Source: Macrostomum lignano (taxonomy: Eukaryota). From it: DNA of 64,000 nucleotides. A program made the translations under genes and the position numbers. The stretch is from assembly GCA_002269645.1 (NCBI GenBank), contig NIVC01001204.1, positions 62,001 to 126,000 of the forward strand. The letters are read 5' to 3'. This document shows, one piece after another, positions 10,780 through 20,600 of this stretch; position 1 is the stretch's first letter, and each line of letters opens with the position of its first letter. A model generated the notes under the pieces. That model saw only the letters and a program-made list of their open reading frames with translations. It was not told where the DNA came from and did no database searches.

Positions 10780-11695
10780 ATTCTGAGAGTGAGATTTGAG
10801 ATGTAAGAGTGAGATTTGACTTCTGAGAGTGAGATTTGAGTTGTGAGAGTGAGATTTGAGTTGTGAAAGTGAGATTTGAGCTGTGAGAGTGAGATTTGAA
10901 TTCTGAGAGTGAGATTTGAATTGTAAGAGTGAGATTTGAATTCTAAGAGTGAGATTTGAATTGTAAGAGTGAGATTTGAATTGTGAGAGTGAGATTTGAA
11001 TTGTGAGAGTGAGATTTAAATTCTGAGAGTAAGATTTGAATTGTGAGAGTGAGATTTTGAGTTGTGAGAGTGAGATTTGAACTCTGAGAGTGAGAATTGA
11101 ATTGTAAGAGTGAGATTTGAATTCTGAGAGTGAGATTTGAATTGTGAGAGTTGGATTTAAGTTGTGAGAGTGAGATTTAAGTTGTGAGAGTGAGATTTGA
11201 ACTCTGAGAGTGAGATTTGAATTCTGACAGTGAGATTTGAATTGTGAGAGTGAGATTTGAGTTGTGAGAGTGAGATTTGAGTTGTGAGAGTGAGATTTGA
11301 GTTGTGAGAGTTAGATTTAAATTGTAAAAGTGAGATTTGAATTCTGAGAGTGAGATTTGAATTGTAAGAGTGAGATTTGAATTGTGAGAGTGAGATTTGA
11401 ATTGTAAGAGTGAGATTTGAATTGTAAGAGTGAGATTTGAATTATGAGAGTGAGATTTGAATTGTAAGAGTGAGATTTGAATTATGAGAGTGAGATTTGA
11501 GTTGTGAGAGTGAGATTTAAATTCTGAGAGTGAGATTTGAATTGTGAGAGTGAGATTTGAGTTGTGAGAGTGAAATTTGAGTTGTGAGAGTGAGATTTGA
11601 ATTGTGAGAGTGAGATTTGAATTGTGAGAGTGAGATTTGAATTGTAAGAGTGAGATTTGAGTTGTGAGAGTGAGATTTGAGTTGTGAGAGTGATA
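10780..11695. repeat. Intron-5 minisatellite B, 20-bp unit GTGAGATTTGAATTGTGAGA
   Basis: About 45 copies. Confidence 0.95.
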
Positions 11696-12124
11696 ATTCC
11701 TCAAGTGGGGATTTGAATTCTGCTTGTGTTATTTCAGTAGCTATTTCAATTAAAAAAAGGATGATTTTCATAGCTGCCTACTTGTGAGTAGTTGAGTCTG
11801 GTTATTTCTTTAAAGCTTGTCTGCAACGATGTGGCAATTAATTCTTACAAAAACAAACAATTCCATAATTTTGCCTTTCAACTCAAAACCAGGGCGTGTT
11901 AAATTTCTTTTTTGGGAGGCGTATTCAACGCACAAATATTGCGGCGGTTAATCTACAGGCAATCAGTTAATCTGGCTTGTGGGGGTCTTCCGTCCCAGCC
12001 CAGCCCAGATCAGTTTGTATAATCTTTTCTCAACCTAGATTTTCTAGTGTACTCATACTCGTGTTCCACGGCCCGAGCTCGCCATTTTTTCTTTATTAAT
12101 ATATGCGTCATTATATATTCATTA

Positions 12125-13405
12125 TCCCTCTCATTTTATCATTCCCTCCCCTCATTTTATCATTCCCTCCCCTCATTTTATCATTCCCTCCCCTCATTTT
12201 ATCATTCCCTCCCCTCACTTTATCATCCCCTCCCCTCATTTTATCATTCCCTTCCCCTCATTTTATCATTCCCTCCTCTCATTTTATCATCCCCTCCCCT
12301 CATTTTGTCATCCCCTCCCCTCATTTTATCATTCCCTCCCCTCATTTTATCATCCCCTCCCCTCATTTTGTCATCCCCTCCCCTCATTTTATCATTCCCT
12401 CCCCTCATTTTATCATTCCCTCCCCTCATTTTATCATTCCCTTCCCTCATTTTATCATTCCCTCCCCTCATTTTATCATTCCCTCCCCTCATTTTATCAT
12501 TCCCTCCCCTCATTTTATCATTCCCTTCCCCCTTATTTTATCATTCCCTTCCCCTCATTTTATCATTCCCTTCCCCTCATTTTATCATTCCCTTCCCTCA
12601 TTTATCATTCCCTTCCCCTCATTTTATCATTCCCTTCCCCCTTATTTTATCATTCCCTCCCCTCATTTTATCATTCCCTCCCCTCATTTTATCATTCCCT
12701 TCCCCCTTATTTTATCATTCCCTTCCCCTCACTTTATCATTCCCTTCCCTCATTTTATCATTCCCTCTCCCCGTTTTATTATTCCCTTCCCCTCACTTTA
12801 TCATTCCCTTCCCCTCACTTTATCATCCCCTCCCCTCATTTTATCATTCCCTTCCCCTCATTTTATCATTCCTTTCCCCTCATTTTATCATTCCCTTCCC
12901 CTCACTTTATCATCCCCTCCCCTCATTTTATCATTCCCTCTCCCCTCACTTTATCATTCCCTTCCCCTCATTTTATCATTCCCTTCCCCTCACTTTATCA
13001 TTCCCTTCCCTCATTTTATCATTCCCTCTCCCCGTTTTATTATTCCCTTCCCCTCACTTTATCATTCCCTTCCCCTCACTTTATCATTCCCTTCCCCTCA
13101 CTTTATCATTCCCTCCCCTCATTTTATTATTCCCTTTTCCCTCATTTTATCATCCCCTCCCCTCATTTTATCATTCCCTTTTCCCTCATTTTATCATCCC
13201 CTCCCCTCATTTTATCATCCCCTCCCCTCATTTTATCATTCCCTTTTCCCTCATTTTATCATTCCCTTCCCTCATTTTATCATTCCCTTCCCTCATTTTA
13301 TCATTCCCTCCCCCTCATTTTATCATTCCCTTCCCTCATTTTATCATTCCCTCCCCTCATTTTATCATTCCCTCTCCCCGTTTTATTATCATCTCCCTTC
13401 ATTTT
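12125..13405. repeat. Intron-5 minisatellite C, ~21-bp pyrimidine-rich unit TTTTATCATTCCCTCCCCTCA
   Basis: About 60 copies with unit-length variation; ends just before the acceptor. Confidence 0.95.
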
Positions 13406-13417
13406 TGAATCCCGCAG

Positions 13418-13537
13418 ATCTATGAGAATATTGTCCAGTCAATGTTCACCGCGCCAGGCGCTTTTGAAAGACCCGAATGGTGGTCAGAGTTCCTGGACAA
13501 GCCCAGCATTGGCGGCAGACCCGTTGCTAGGCTCTGA
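13418..13537 (+). CDS. ACOX3: ACOX3 exon 6 (terminal; not in the ORF track)
   Basis: Acceptor ccgcAG at 13416-13417, phase 0. Translates IYENIVQSMFTAPGAFERPEWWSEFLDKPSIGGRPVARL* (human: LYKNLW...ERASWWPEF...SKL). C-terminal ARL fits the PTS1 consensus. The six exons total 2268 nt, divisible by 3. Confidence 0.92.
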   Translation: MYENIVQSMFTAPGAFERPEWWSEFLDKPSIGGRPVARL

Positions 13538-13934
13538 GTTTTGCTTAGCAACCAGAACTGAGACAATGACCAATCTTCTTGTGACTTTTTAAACAAAACG
13601 CCAAATACGAATTTAAAAGATTTTTTCGGCTAATATCGTTTGAAACAATTTTAATATTTTCTAATTTCCATTGGTGTTCAAGGCTAATTGCTTTGTTTTT
13701 TCTGATTTTATTATTTATTGCTTCTTTAGACTTATATAACTGAATTGATTAGAATTTTATTGAATATCTGCTTCTGAAATATATTACAATAACTTCTAAT
13801 TGTTAATTGATTTTCAATTTTTATCTGTAGCTTTCATTTGTCTTTTATTTAATTAACTTTAAAATTAACATTGTTAAAATCATTTGACATTATTGAATAG
13901 TAAAATTAATATGCAATCTGATACTTCAAATTAT

Positions 13935-15140
13935 TCGGTAATCTATACTTCAGGTCCTTCAGTAATCTATACTTCAGATCATTCAGTAGTCTACACTTCA
14001 GATCATTCAGTAATCTACATTTCAGATCATTCAGTAATCTACACTTCAGATCATTCAGTAATCTACACTTCAGATCATTCAGTAATCTACACTTCAGATC
14101 ATTTAGTAATCTATACTTCAGATCATTCAGTAATCTATACTTCCGGTTCTTCAGTAATCTACACTTCAGATCATTCAGTAATCTATACTTCAGATCATTC
14201 AGTAATCTATACTTCCGGTTCTTCAGTAATCTATACTTCAGGTTCTTCAGTAATCTATACTTCCGGTTCTTCAGTAATCTATACTTCCGGTTCTTCAGTA
14301 ATCTATACTTCAGGTTCTTCAGTAATCTATACTTCCGGTTCTTCAGTAATCTATACTTCCGGTTCTTCAGTAATCTATACTTCAGGTTCTTCAGTAATCT
14401 TTACTTCCGGTTCTTCAGTAATCTATACTTCAGGTTCTTTAGTAATCTATACTTCCGGTTCTTCAGTAATCTATACTTCCGGTTCTTCAGTAATCTATAC
14501 TTCCAGTTCTTCAGTAATCTATACTTCCGGTTCTTCAGTAATCTATACTTCCGGTTCTTCAGTAATCTATACTTCCGGTTCTTCAGTAATCTATACTTCC
14601 GGTTCTTCAGTAATCTATACTTCAGGTTCTTCAGTAATCTATACTTCCGGTTCTTCAGTAATCTATACTTCAGGTTCTTCAGTAATCTATACTTCCGGTT
14701 CTTCAGTAATCTATACTTCCGGTTCTTCAGTAATCTACACTTCAGATCATTCAGTAATCTATACTTCAGATCATTCAGTAATCTATACTTCCGGTTCTTC
14801 AGTAATCTATACTTCAGGTTCTTCAGTAATCTATACTTCCGGTTCTTCAGTAATCTATACTTCAGGTTCTTCAGTAATCTATACTTCCGGTTCTTCAGTA
14901 ATCTATACTTCCGGTTCTTCAGTAATCTACACTTCAGATCATTCAGTAATCTATACTTCAGATCATTCAGTAATCTATACTTCCGGTTCTTCAGTAATCT
15001 ATACTTCAGGTTCTTCAGTAATCTATACTTCCGGTTCTTCAGTAATCTACACTTCAGATCATTCAGTAATCCATACTTCAGGATCATTCAGTAATCTTCA
15101 CTTCAGATCATTCAGTACTCGTAATCTATACTTCAGGTCC
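13935..15140. repeat. Minisatellite, 24-bp unit TCAGTAATCTATACTTCCGGTTCT (variant ...CTTCAGATCAT)
   Basis: About 50 copies; gives the VIYTSGSS/VIYTSDHS ORF. Confidence 0.95.
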
Positions 15141-15234
15141 TTCAGTAGTGCATGCATAGCTTAGGTCTTAAACAACAAACTTTGAATTTTATGCGGCGAA
15201 GACAGCAAAAATAAGTGAAACGTTTCTTACAGTT

Positions 15235-15240
15235 TTTATT
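15235..15240 (-). terminator. Putative polyadenylation signal of the orphan ORF
   Basis: TTTATT on + (AATAAA on -) about 240 nt downstream of the stop at 15481. Confidence 0.45.
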
Positions 15241-15480
15241 TTTACCTGGTCACAATTTCTAGTCACTTTATACTGTACGCATTAGATGAGTTTGGCCATA
15301 GAAAAGGTTAACAGAAGTTACGAGCTCATGAGATCATTATATTACAAGACATTACAAGTCTGGCATGAAAATATAATCAGGTTGCAATGTTAAAATTTTG
15401 TTTTAATCTCAAGCTTACATACAGCAAGCTTTCAGCATGAATGAATTGTTAAGAATCAATTTTGGCATTGCCAAAGCTAA

Positions 15481-16182
15481 TCAAGTGTAGTGCCCCTTCC
15501 GATCTCGGGCATCTCTTTTCTTTGCCGACTTCTTCGCGGAATTCTCTGGGTAGAGAAACAGCTCGACCAGCTTTTTGGCTTTCGACGGCTTAGCAGGAGA
15601 GGATGGGTTGGACTTTGACTGCTGCGGAGGCTGCGGCTGCTGGTAACTGTTGTGTGGAATGCTGAAGCTGCGTGGCTTGTTGCCTTGGTGCAGCAGGTAC
15701 GGCGGCTGGTACTGCTCGTGTGAGTAGTATCCCGGATCTTGTGAGACTCTAGCTGCCTGCTCCTGCATCTGCGGATGTTTTGGCAGCGACGGCGAAAAGG
15801 AAGAAGTTTGCGGTGTCAGCCTCGCTGGGGCGCTCTGCAGCGAGTTGGATCCCGCCTGCGGCGCCGAGGCTGTCAACTCCGAGCTGGGATAGTCGTAGGT
15901 ATCGGTCAGGCACATCTCCACGAAGTCTTTCATGCACTTGACGCTGAAGCCCAGGCTGACTGCCTGTTCCATCTTGTCGATCAGCTGGTGATGCTTGGCG
16001 TTCATGTTGTCCAGCGACAGAATGCCCTGGTCGAAGATGAACATCCTGGCTGCGACGGGCAGGTCCTGTCCATCCATCAGGCTGTAGAACTCGTTAAACT
16101 GCGCAAGATTCTCAGGCTGGCACAGGTCTTGAAAAGACTTCTGGATGGTTTCAACTCGGCGTTGTAAATCCGAGTTGGACAT
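15481..16182 (-). CDS. Hypothetical 233-aa protein, apparently single-exon (helical N-terminal domain, Q/P/S-rich linker, basic C-terminus)
   Basis: Non-repetitive GC-richer ORF starting at ATG 16182 (MSNSDLQRRV...) within track ORF 15481..16413, with coding-like codon usage. TATA-like TATAATATA about 105 nt upstream and AATAAA downstream. No recognised family. Confidence 0.65.
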   Translation of the reverse strand: MSNSDLQRRVETIQKSFQDLCQPENLAQFNEFYSLMDGQDLPVAARMFIFDQGILSLDNMNAKHHQLIDKMEQAVSLGFSVKCMKDFVEMCLTDTYDYPSSELTASAPQAGSNSLQSAPARLTPQTSSFSPSLPKHPQMQEQAARVSQDPGYYSHEQYQPPYLLHQGNKPRSFSIPHNSYQQPQPPQQSKSNPSSPAKPSKAKKLVELFLYPENSAKKSAKKRDARDRKGHYT

Positions 16183-16669
16183 GGTCGGTCGGCTATGCGT
16201 AAAAGAATCTCTGCGATGGATTTTTGTTCCTTGTGTCTTGGCTATTGCGGCTACTATGCAGAGCCTGCTGTAATTAAAGTGGGCTATATTATACTTGCTC
16301 GGGCTTAGGCACACGGATCTAAGTCGAGAGAGAGAGAAGAGAAACAGCTGGCCTCCTCTCTCCTCTCTCTGCTTGAAAACAGGCATGTCTGCGCACTGTC
16401 TTAATGCTTTCATCTGCTTTCAGCCATTGTTCTTCGGGCTCTGTGAAATTCCTGTACAAATTGTGCATTCCATTGGCGTACGCAGGACGAGAGGGGGCCG
16501 GGGCCCCCGCCTCAGCCCTGGAACATATGGCATCTAAGTGAGGTTGGTTCGGCAACCGAGAGACAAGGACGTCTAAACAAGAGACAGGGGGCGCCGAACC
16601 AAGAGACAGGGGCGCTGTGAAGTCTAGGTTTGCGTGCCGAGAAAGGTGGCCTCTGTGTGGCTTTGTTTG

Positions 16670-16765
16670 CTCAATATATTTATTAGTCAATATTGGGGGT
16701 GGGGTAAAGCGATGCGTGATTGGTCGAGAATTGGTAAACAAGTTTAGGCGAGAGGGTGAGTCATG
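16670..16765 (-). promoter_or_regulatory. Cluster of Pol II promoter-like motifs oriented toward the orphan ORF
   Basis: On the - strand: TGACTCA (16757-16763), three CCAAT (16730-16734, 16719-16723, 16692-16696), a CCCCACCCCC box and AT-rich TAATAAATATA at about 16675-16685. Motif presence only. Confidence 0.35.
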
Positions 16766-16799
16766 AATAATGTGAGGCAGAGAGTAGCGTACGACCTAC

Positions 16800-17325
16800 A
16801 GGCGCCTAACCAAGAGACAGGGGGCGCCGAACCAAGAGACAGGGGCGCCTAACCAAGAGACAGGGGCGCCTAACCAAGAGACAGGGGCGCCTAACCAAGA
16901 GACAGGGGGCGCCGAACCAAGAGACAGGGGCGCCTAACCAAGAGACAGGGGGCGTCTAACCAGGAGACAGGGGCGCCTAACCAAGAGATAAGGGCGCCTA
17001 ACCAAGAGACAGGGGCGCCTAACCAAGAGACAGGGGGCGCCGAACCAAGAGACAGGGGCGCCTAACCAAGAGACAGGGGCGCCTAACCAAGAGACAGGGG
17101 GCGCCGAACCAAGAGACAGGGGCGCCTAACCTAGAGACAGGGGCGCCTAACCAAGAGACAGGGGGCGCCTAACCAGGAGACAGGCGCGCCTAACCAATAG
17201 ACAGGGACGTCTAACCAATAGACAGGGGCGCCTAACCAAGCGACAGGGGCGCCTTCGAAGAGAAAGTGGCGCCCACGATCGAGACAAGGGGCGCTCACAA
17301 AGAGACAGGGGCGTCTAACCAAGAG
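16800..17325. repeat. GC-rich minisatellite, 21-22-bp unit GACAGGGGCGCCTAACCAAGA
   Basis: About 24 copies, plus 2 outlying copies at about 16575-16615. Confidence 0.95.
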
Positions 17326-17617
17326 CCGTGGATTACTAGACAGAGAATCTGGAAAGGTAAAGCCAACTGCAGTTTATAAATGCTTTTCTCCGCCTAGCTC
17401 AGAGCTGCATGCCTTAGTGTTTAATGAGGCTTATTCGTTACTCTTAAGCTTGGAAAGTTCTCTTTTTCAGCCTCACTCACTGGTGCTAAATTTAGCAAAT
17501 TGATGTTATTTCTGTTTTGCGAGAGAAAATAACAAAAAATAAAGTTTTAATATGGAACTGTCACCTCTATTTAGGGCTGAGCTGAGTTTACTTGTTTACT
17601 TGGTTTACTTGGTTGAA

Positions 17618-20600
17618 TCACTCCAAGAATCTTCTCTATCAGACTCGTCACTCCAAGAATCTTCTCTATCAGACTCGTCACTCCAGGAATCTCTTCTCTA
17701 TCAGACTCGTCACTCCAAGAATCTTCTCTATCAGACTCGTCACTCCAAGAATCTTCTCTATCAGACTCGTCACTCCAGGAATCTCTTCTCTATCAGACTC
17801 GTCACTCCAGGAATCTCTTCTCTATCAGACTCGTCACTCCAAGAATCTTCTCTATCAGACTCGTCACTCCAAGAATCTTCTCTATCAGACTCGTCACTCC
17901 AAGAATCTTCTCTATCAGACTCGTCACTCCAAGAATCTTCTCCATCAGACTCATCACTCCAGGAATCTCTTCTCTATCAGACTCGTCACTCCAGGAATAT
18001 CTTCTCTATCAGACTCGTCACTCCAAGAATCTCTTCTCTATCAGACTCGTCACTCCAAGAATCTTCTCTATCAGACTCGTCACTCCAAGAATCTTCTCTA
18101 TCAGACTCGTCACTCCAAGAATCTTCTCTATCAGACTCATCACTCCAGGAATCTCTTCTCTATCAGACTCGTCACTCCAGGAATATCTTCTCTATCAGAC
18201 TCGTCACTCCAAGAATCTCTTCTCTATCAGACTCGTCACTCCAAGAATCTTCTCTATCAGACTCTTCACTCCAGGAATCTCTTCTCTATCAGACTCGTCA
18301 CTTCAAGAATCTTCTCTATCAGACTCGCCACTCAAGAATCTTCTCTATCAGACTCTTCACTCCAAGAATCTTCTCTATCAGACTCTTCACTCCAGGAATC
18401 TCTTCTCTATCAGACTCGTCACTCCAAGAATCTTCTCTATCAGACTCTTCACTCCAGGAATCTCTTCTCTATCAGACTCGTCACTCCAAGAATCTTCTCT
18501 ATCAGACTCGTCACTCCAAGAATCTTCTCTATCAGACTCTTCCTCCAGGAATCTCTTCTCTATCAGACTCGTCACTCCAAGAATCTCTTCTCTATCAGAC
18601 TCGTCACTCCAAGAATCTTCTCTATCAGACTCGCCACTCAAGAATCTTCTCTATCAGACTCTTGACTCCAGGAATCTCTTCTCTATCAGACTCGTCACTT
18701 CAAGAATCTTCTCTATCAGACTCGCCACTCCAGGAATCTCTTCTCTATCAGACTCGTCACTCCAGGAATCTCTTCTCTATCAGACTCGTCACTCCAAGAA
18801 TCTTCTCTATCAGACTCTTCACTCCAGGAATCTCTTCTCTATCAGACTCGTCACTCAAGAATCTTCTCTATCAGACTCGTCACTCCAAGAATCTTCTCTA
18901 TCAGACTCGTCACTCCAAGAATCTTCTCTATCAGACTCGTCACTCCAAGAATCTTCTCTATCAGACTCATCACTCCAGGAATCTCTTCTCTATCAGACTC
19001 GTCACTCCAGGAATATCTTCTCTATCAGACTCGTCACTCCAAGAATCTTCTCTATCAGACTCGTCACTCCAGGAATCTCTTCTCTATCAGACTCGTCACT
19101 CCAGGAATCTCTTCTCTATCAGACTCGTCACTCCAAGAATCTTCTCTATCAGACTCGTCACTCCAAGAATCTTCTCTATCAGACTCGTCACTCCAAGAAT
19201 CTTCTCTATCAGACTCGTCACTCCAAGAATCTTCTCTATCAGACTCATCACTCCAGGAATCTCTTCTCTATCAGACTCGTCACTCCAGGAATATCTTCTC
19301 TATCAGACTCGTCACTCCAAGAATCTCTTCTCTATCAGACTCGTCACTCCAAGAATCTTCTCTATCAGACTCGTCACTCCAAGAATCTTCTCTATCAGAC
19401 TCGTCACTCCAAGAATCTTCTCTATCAGACTCGTCACTCCAGGAATCTCTTCTCTATCAGACTCGTCACTCCAGGAATCTTCTCTATCAGACTCGTCACT
19501 CCAAGAATCTCTTCTCTATCAGACTCGTCACTCCAAGAATCTTCTCTATCAGACTCTTCACTCCAGGAATCTCTTCTCTATCAGACTCGTCACTTCAAGA
19601 ATCTTCTCTATCAGACTCGCCACTCAAGAATCTTCTCTATCAGACTCTTCACTCCAAGAATCTTCTCTATCAGACTCTCACTCCAGGAATCTCTTCTCTA
19701 TCAGACTCGTCACTCCAAGAATCTTCTCTATCAGACTCTTCACTCCAGGAATCTCTTCTCTATCAGACTCGTCACTCCAAGAATCTTCTCTATCAGACTC
19801 GTCACTCCAAGAATCTTCTCTATCAGACTCTTCACTCCAGGAATCTCTTCTCTATCAGACTCGTCACTCCAAGAATCTCTTCTCTATCAGACTCGTCACT
19901 CCAAGAATCTTCTCTATCAGACTCGCCACTCAAGAATCTTCTCTATCAGACTCTTCACTCCAGGAATCTCTTCTCTATCAGACTCGTCACTCAAGAATCT
20001 TCTCTATCAGACTCGCACTCCAGAATCTTCTCTATCAGACTCGTCACTCCAGGAATCTCTTCTCTATCAGACTCGTCACTCCAAGAATCTTCTCTATCAG
20101 ACTCTTCACTCCAGGAATCTCTTCTCTATCAGACTCGTCACTCAAGAATCTTCTCTATCAGACTCGTCACTCCAAGAATCTTCTCTATCAGACTCGTCAC
20201 TCCAAGAATCTTCTCTATCAGACTCGTCACTCCAAGAATCTTCTCTATCAGACTCGTCACTCCAAGAATCTTCTCTATCAGACTCGTCACTCCAGGAATC
20301 TCTTCTCTATCAGACTCGTCACTCCAGGAATCTTCTCTATCAGACTCGTCACTCCAAGAATCTCTTCTCTATCAGACTCGTCACTCCAAGAATCTTCTCT
20401 ATCAGACTCTTCACTCCAGGAATCTCTTCTCTATCAGACTCGTCACTCAAGAATCTTCTCTATCAGACTCGCCACTCAAGAATCTTCTCTATCAGACTCG
20501 TCACTCCAAGAATCTTCTCTATCAGACTCGTCACTCCAGAATCTCTTCTCTATCAGACTCGTCACTCCAAGAATCTTCTCTATCAGACTCTTCACTCCAG

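Noticed and set aside
1386-15164. Periodic ORFs (1386, 4001, 4025, 7215, 8216, 8590, 11177, 11517, 12047, 12103, 12244, 13884, 14401)
   Set aside because: Each coincides with a minisatellite, mostly inside ACOX3 introns; the period equals unit length divided by 3.
16325-16372. GA-rich/CT-rich hairpin upstream of the orphan ORF
   Set aside because: Pairing is between simple dinucleotide tracts with mismatches; there is no specific RNA structure evidence.
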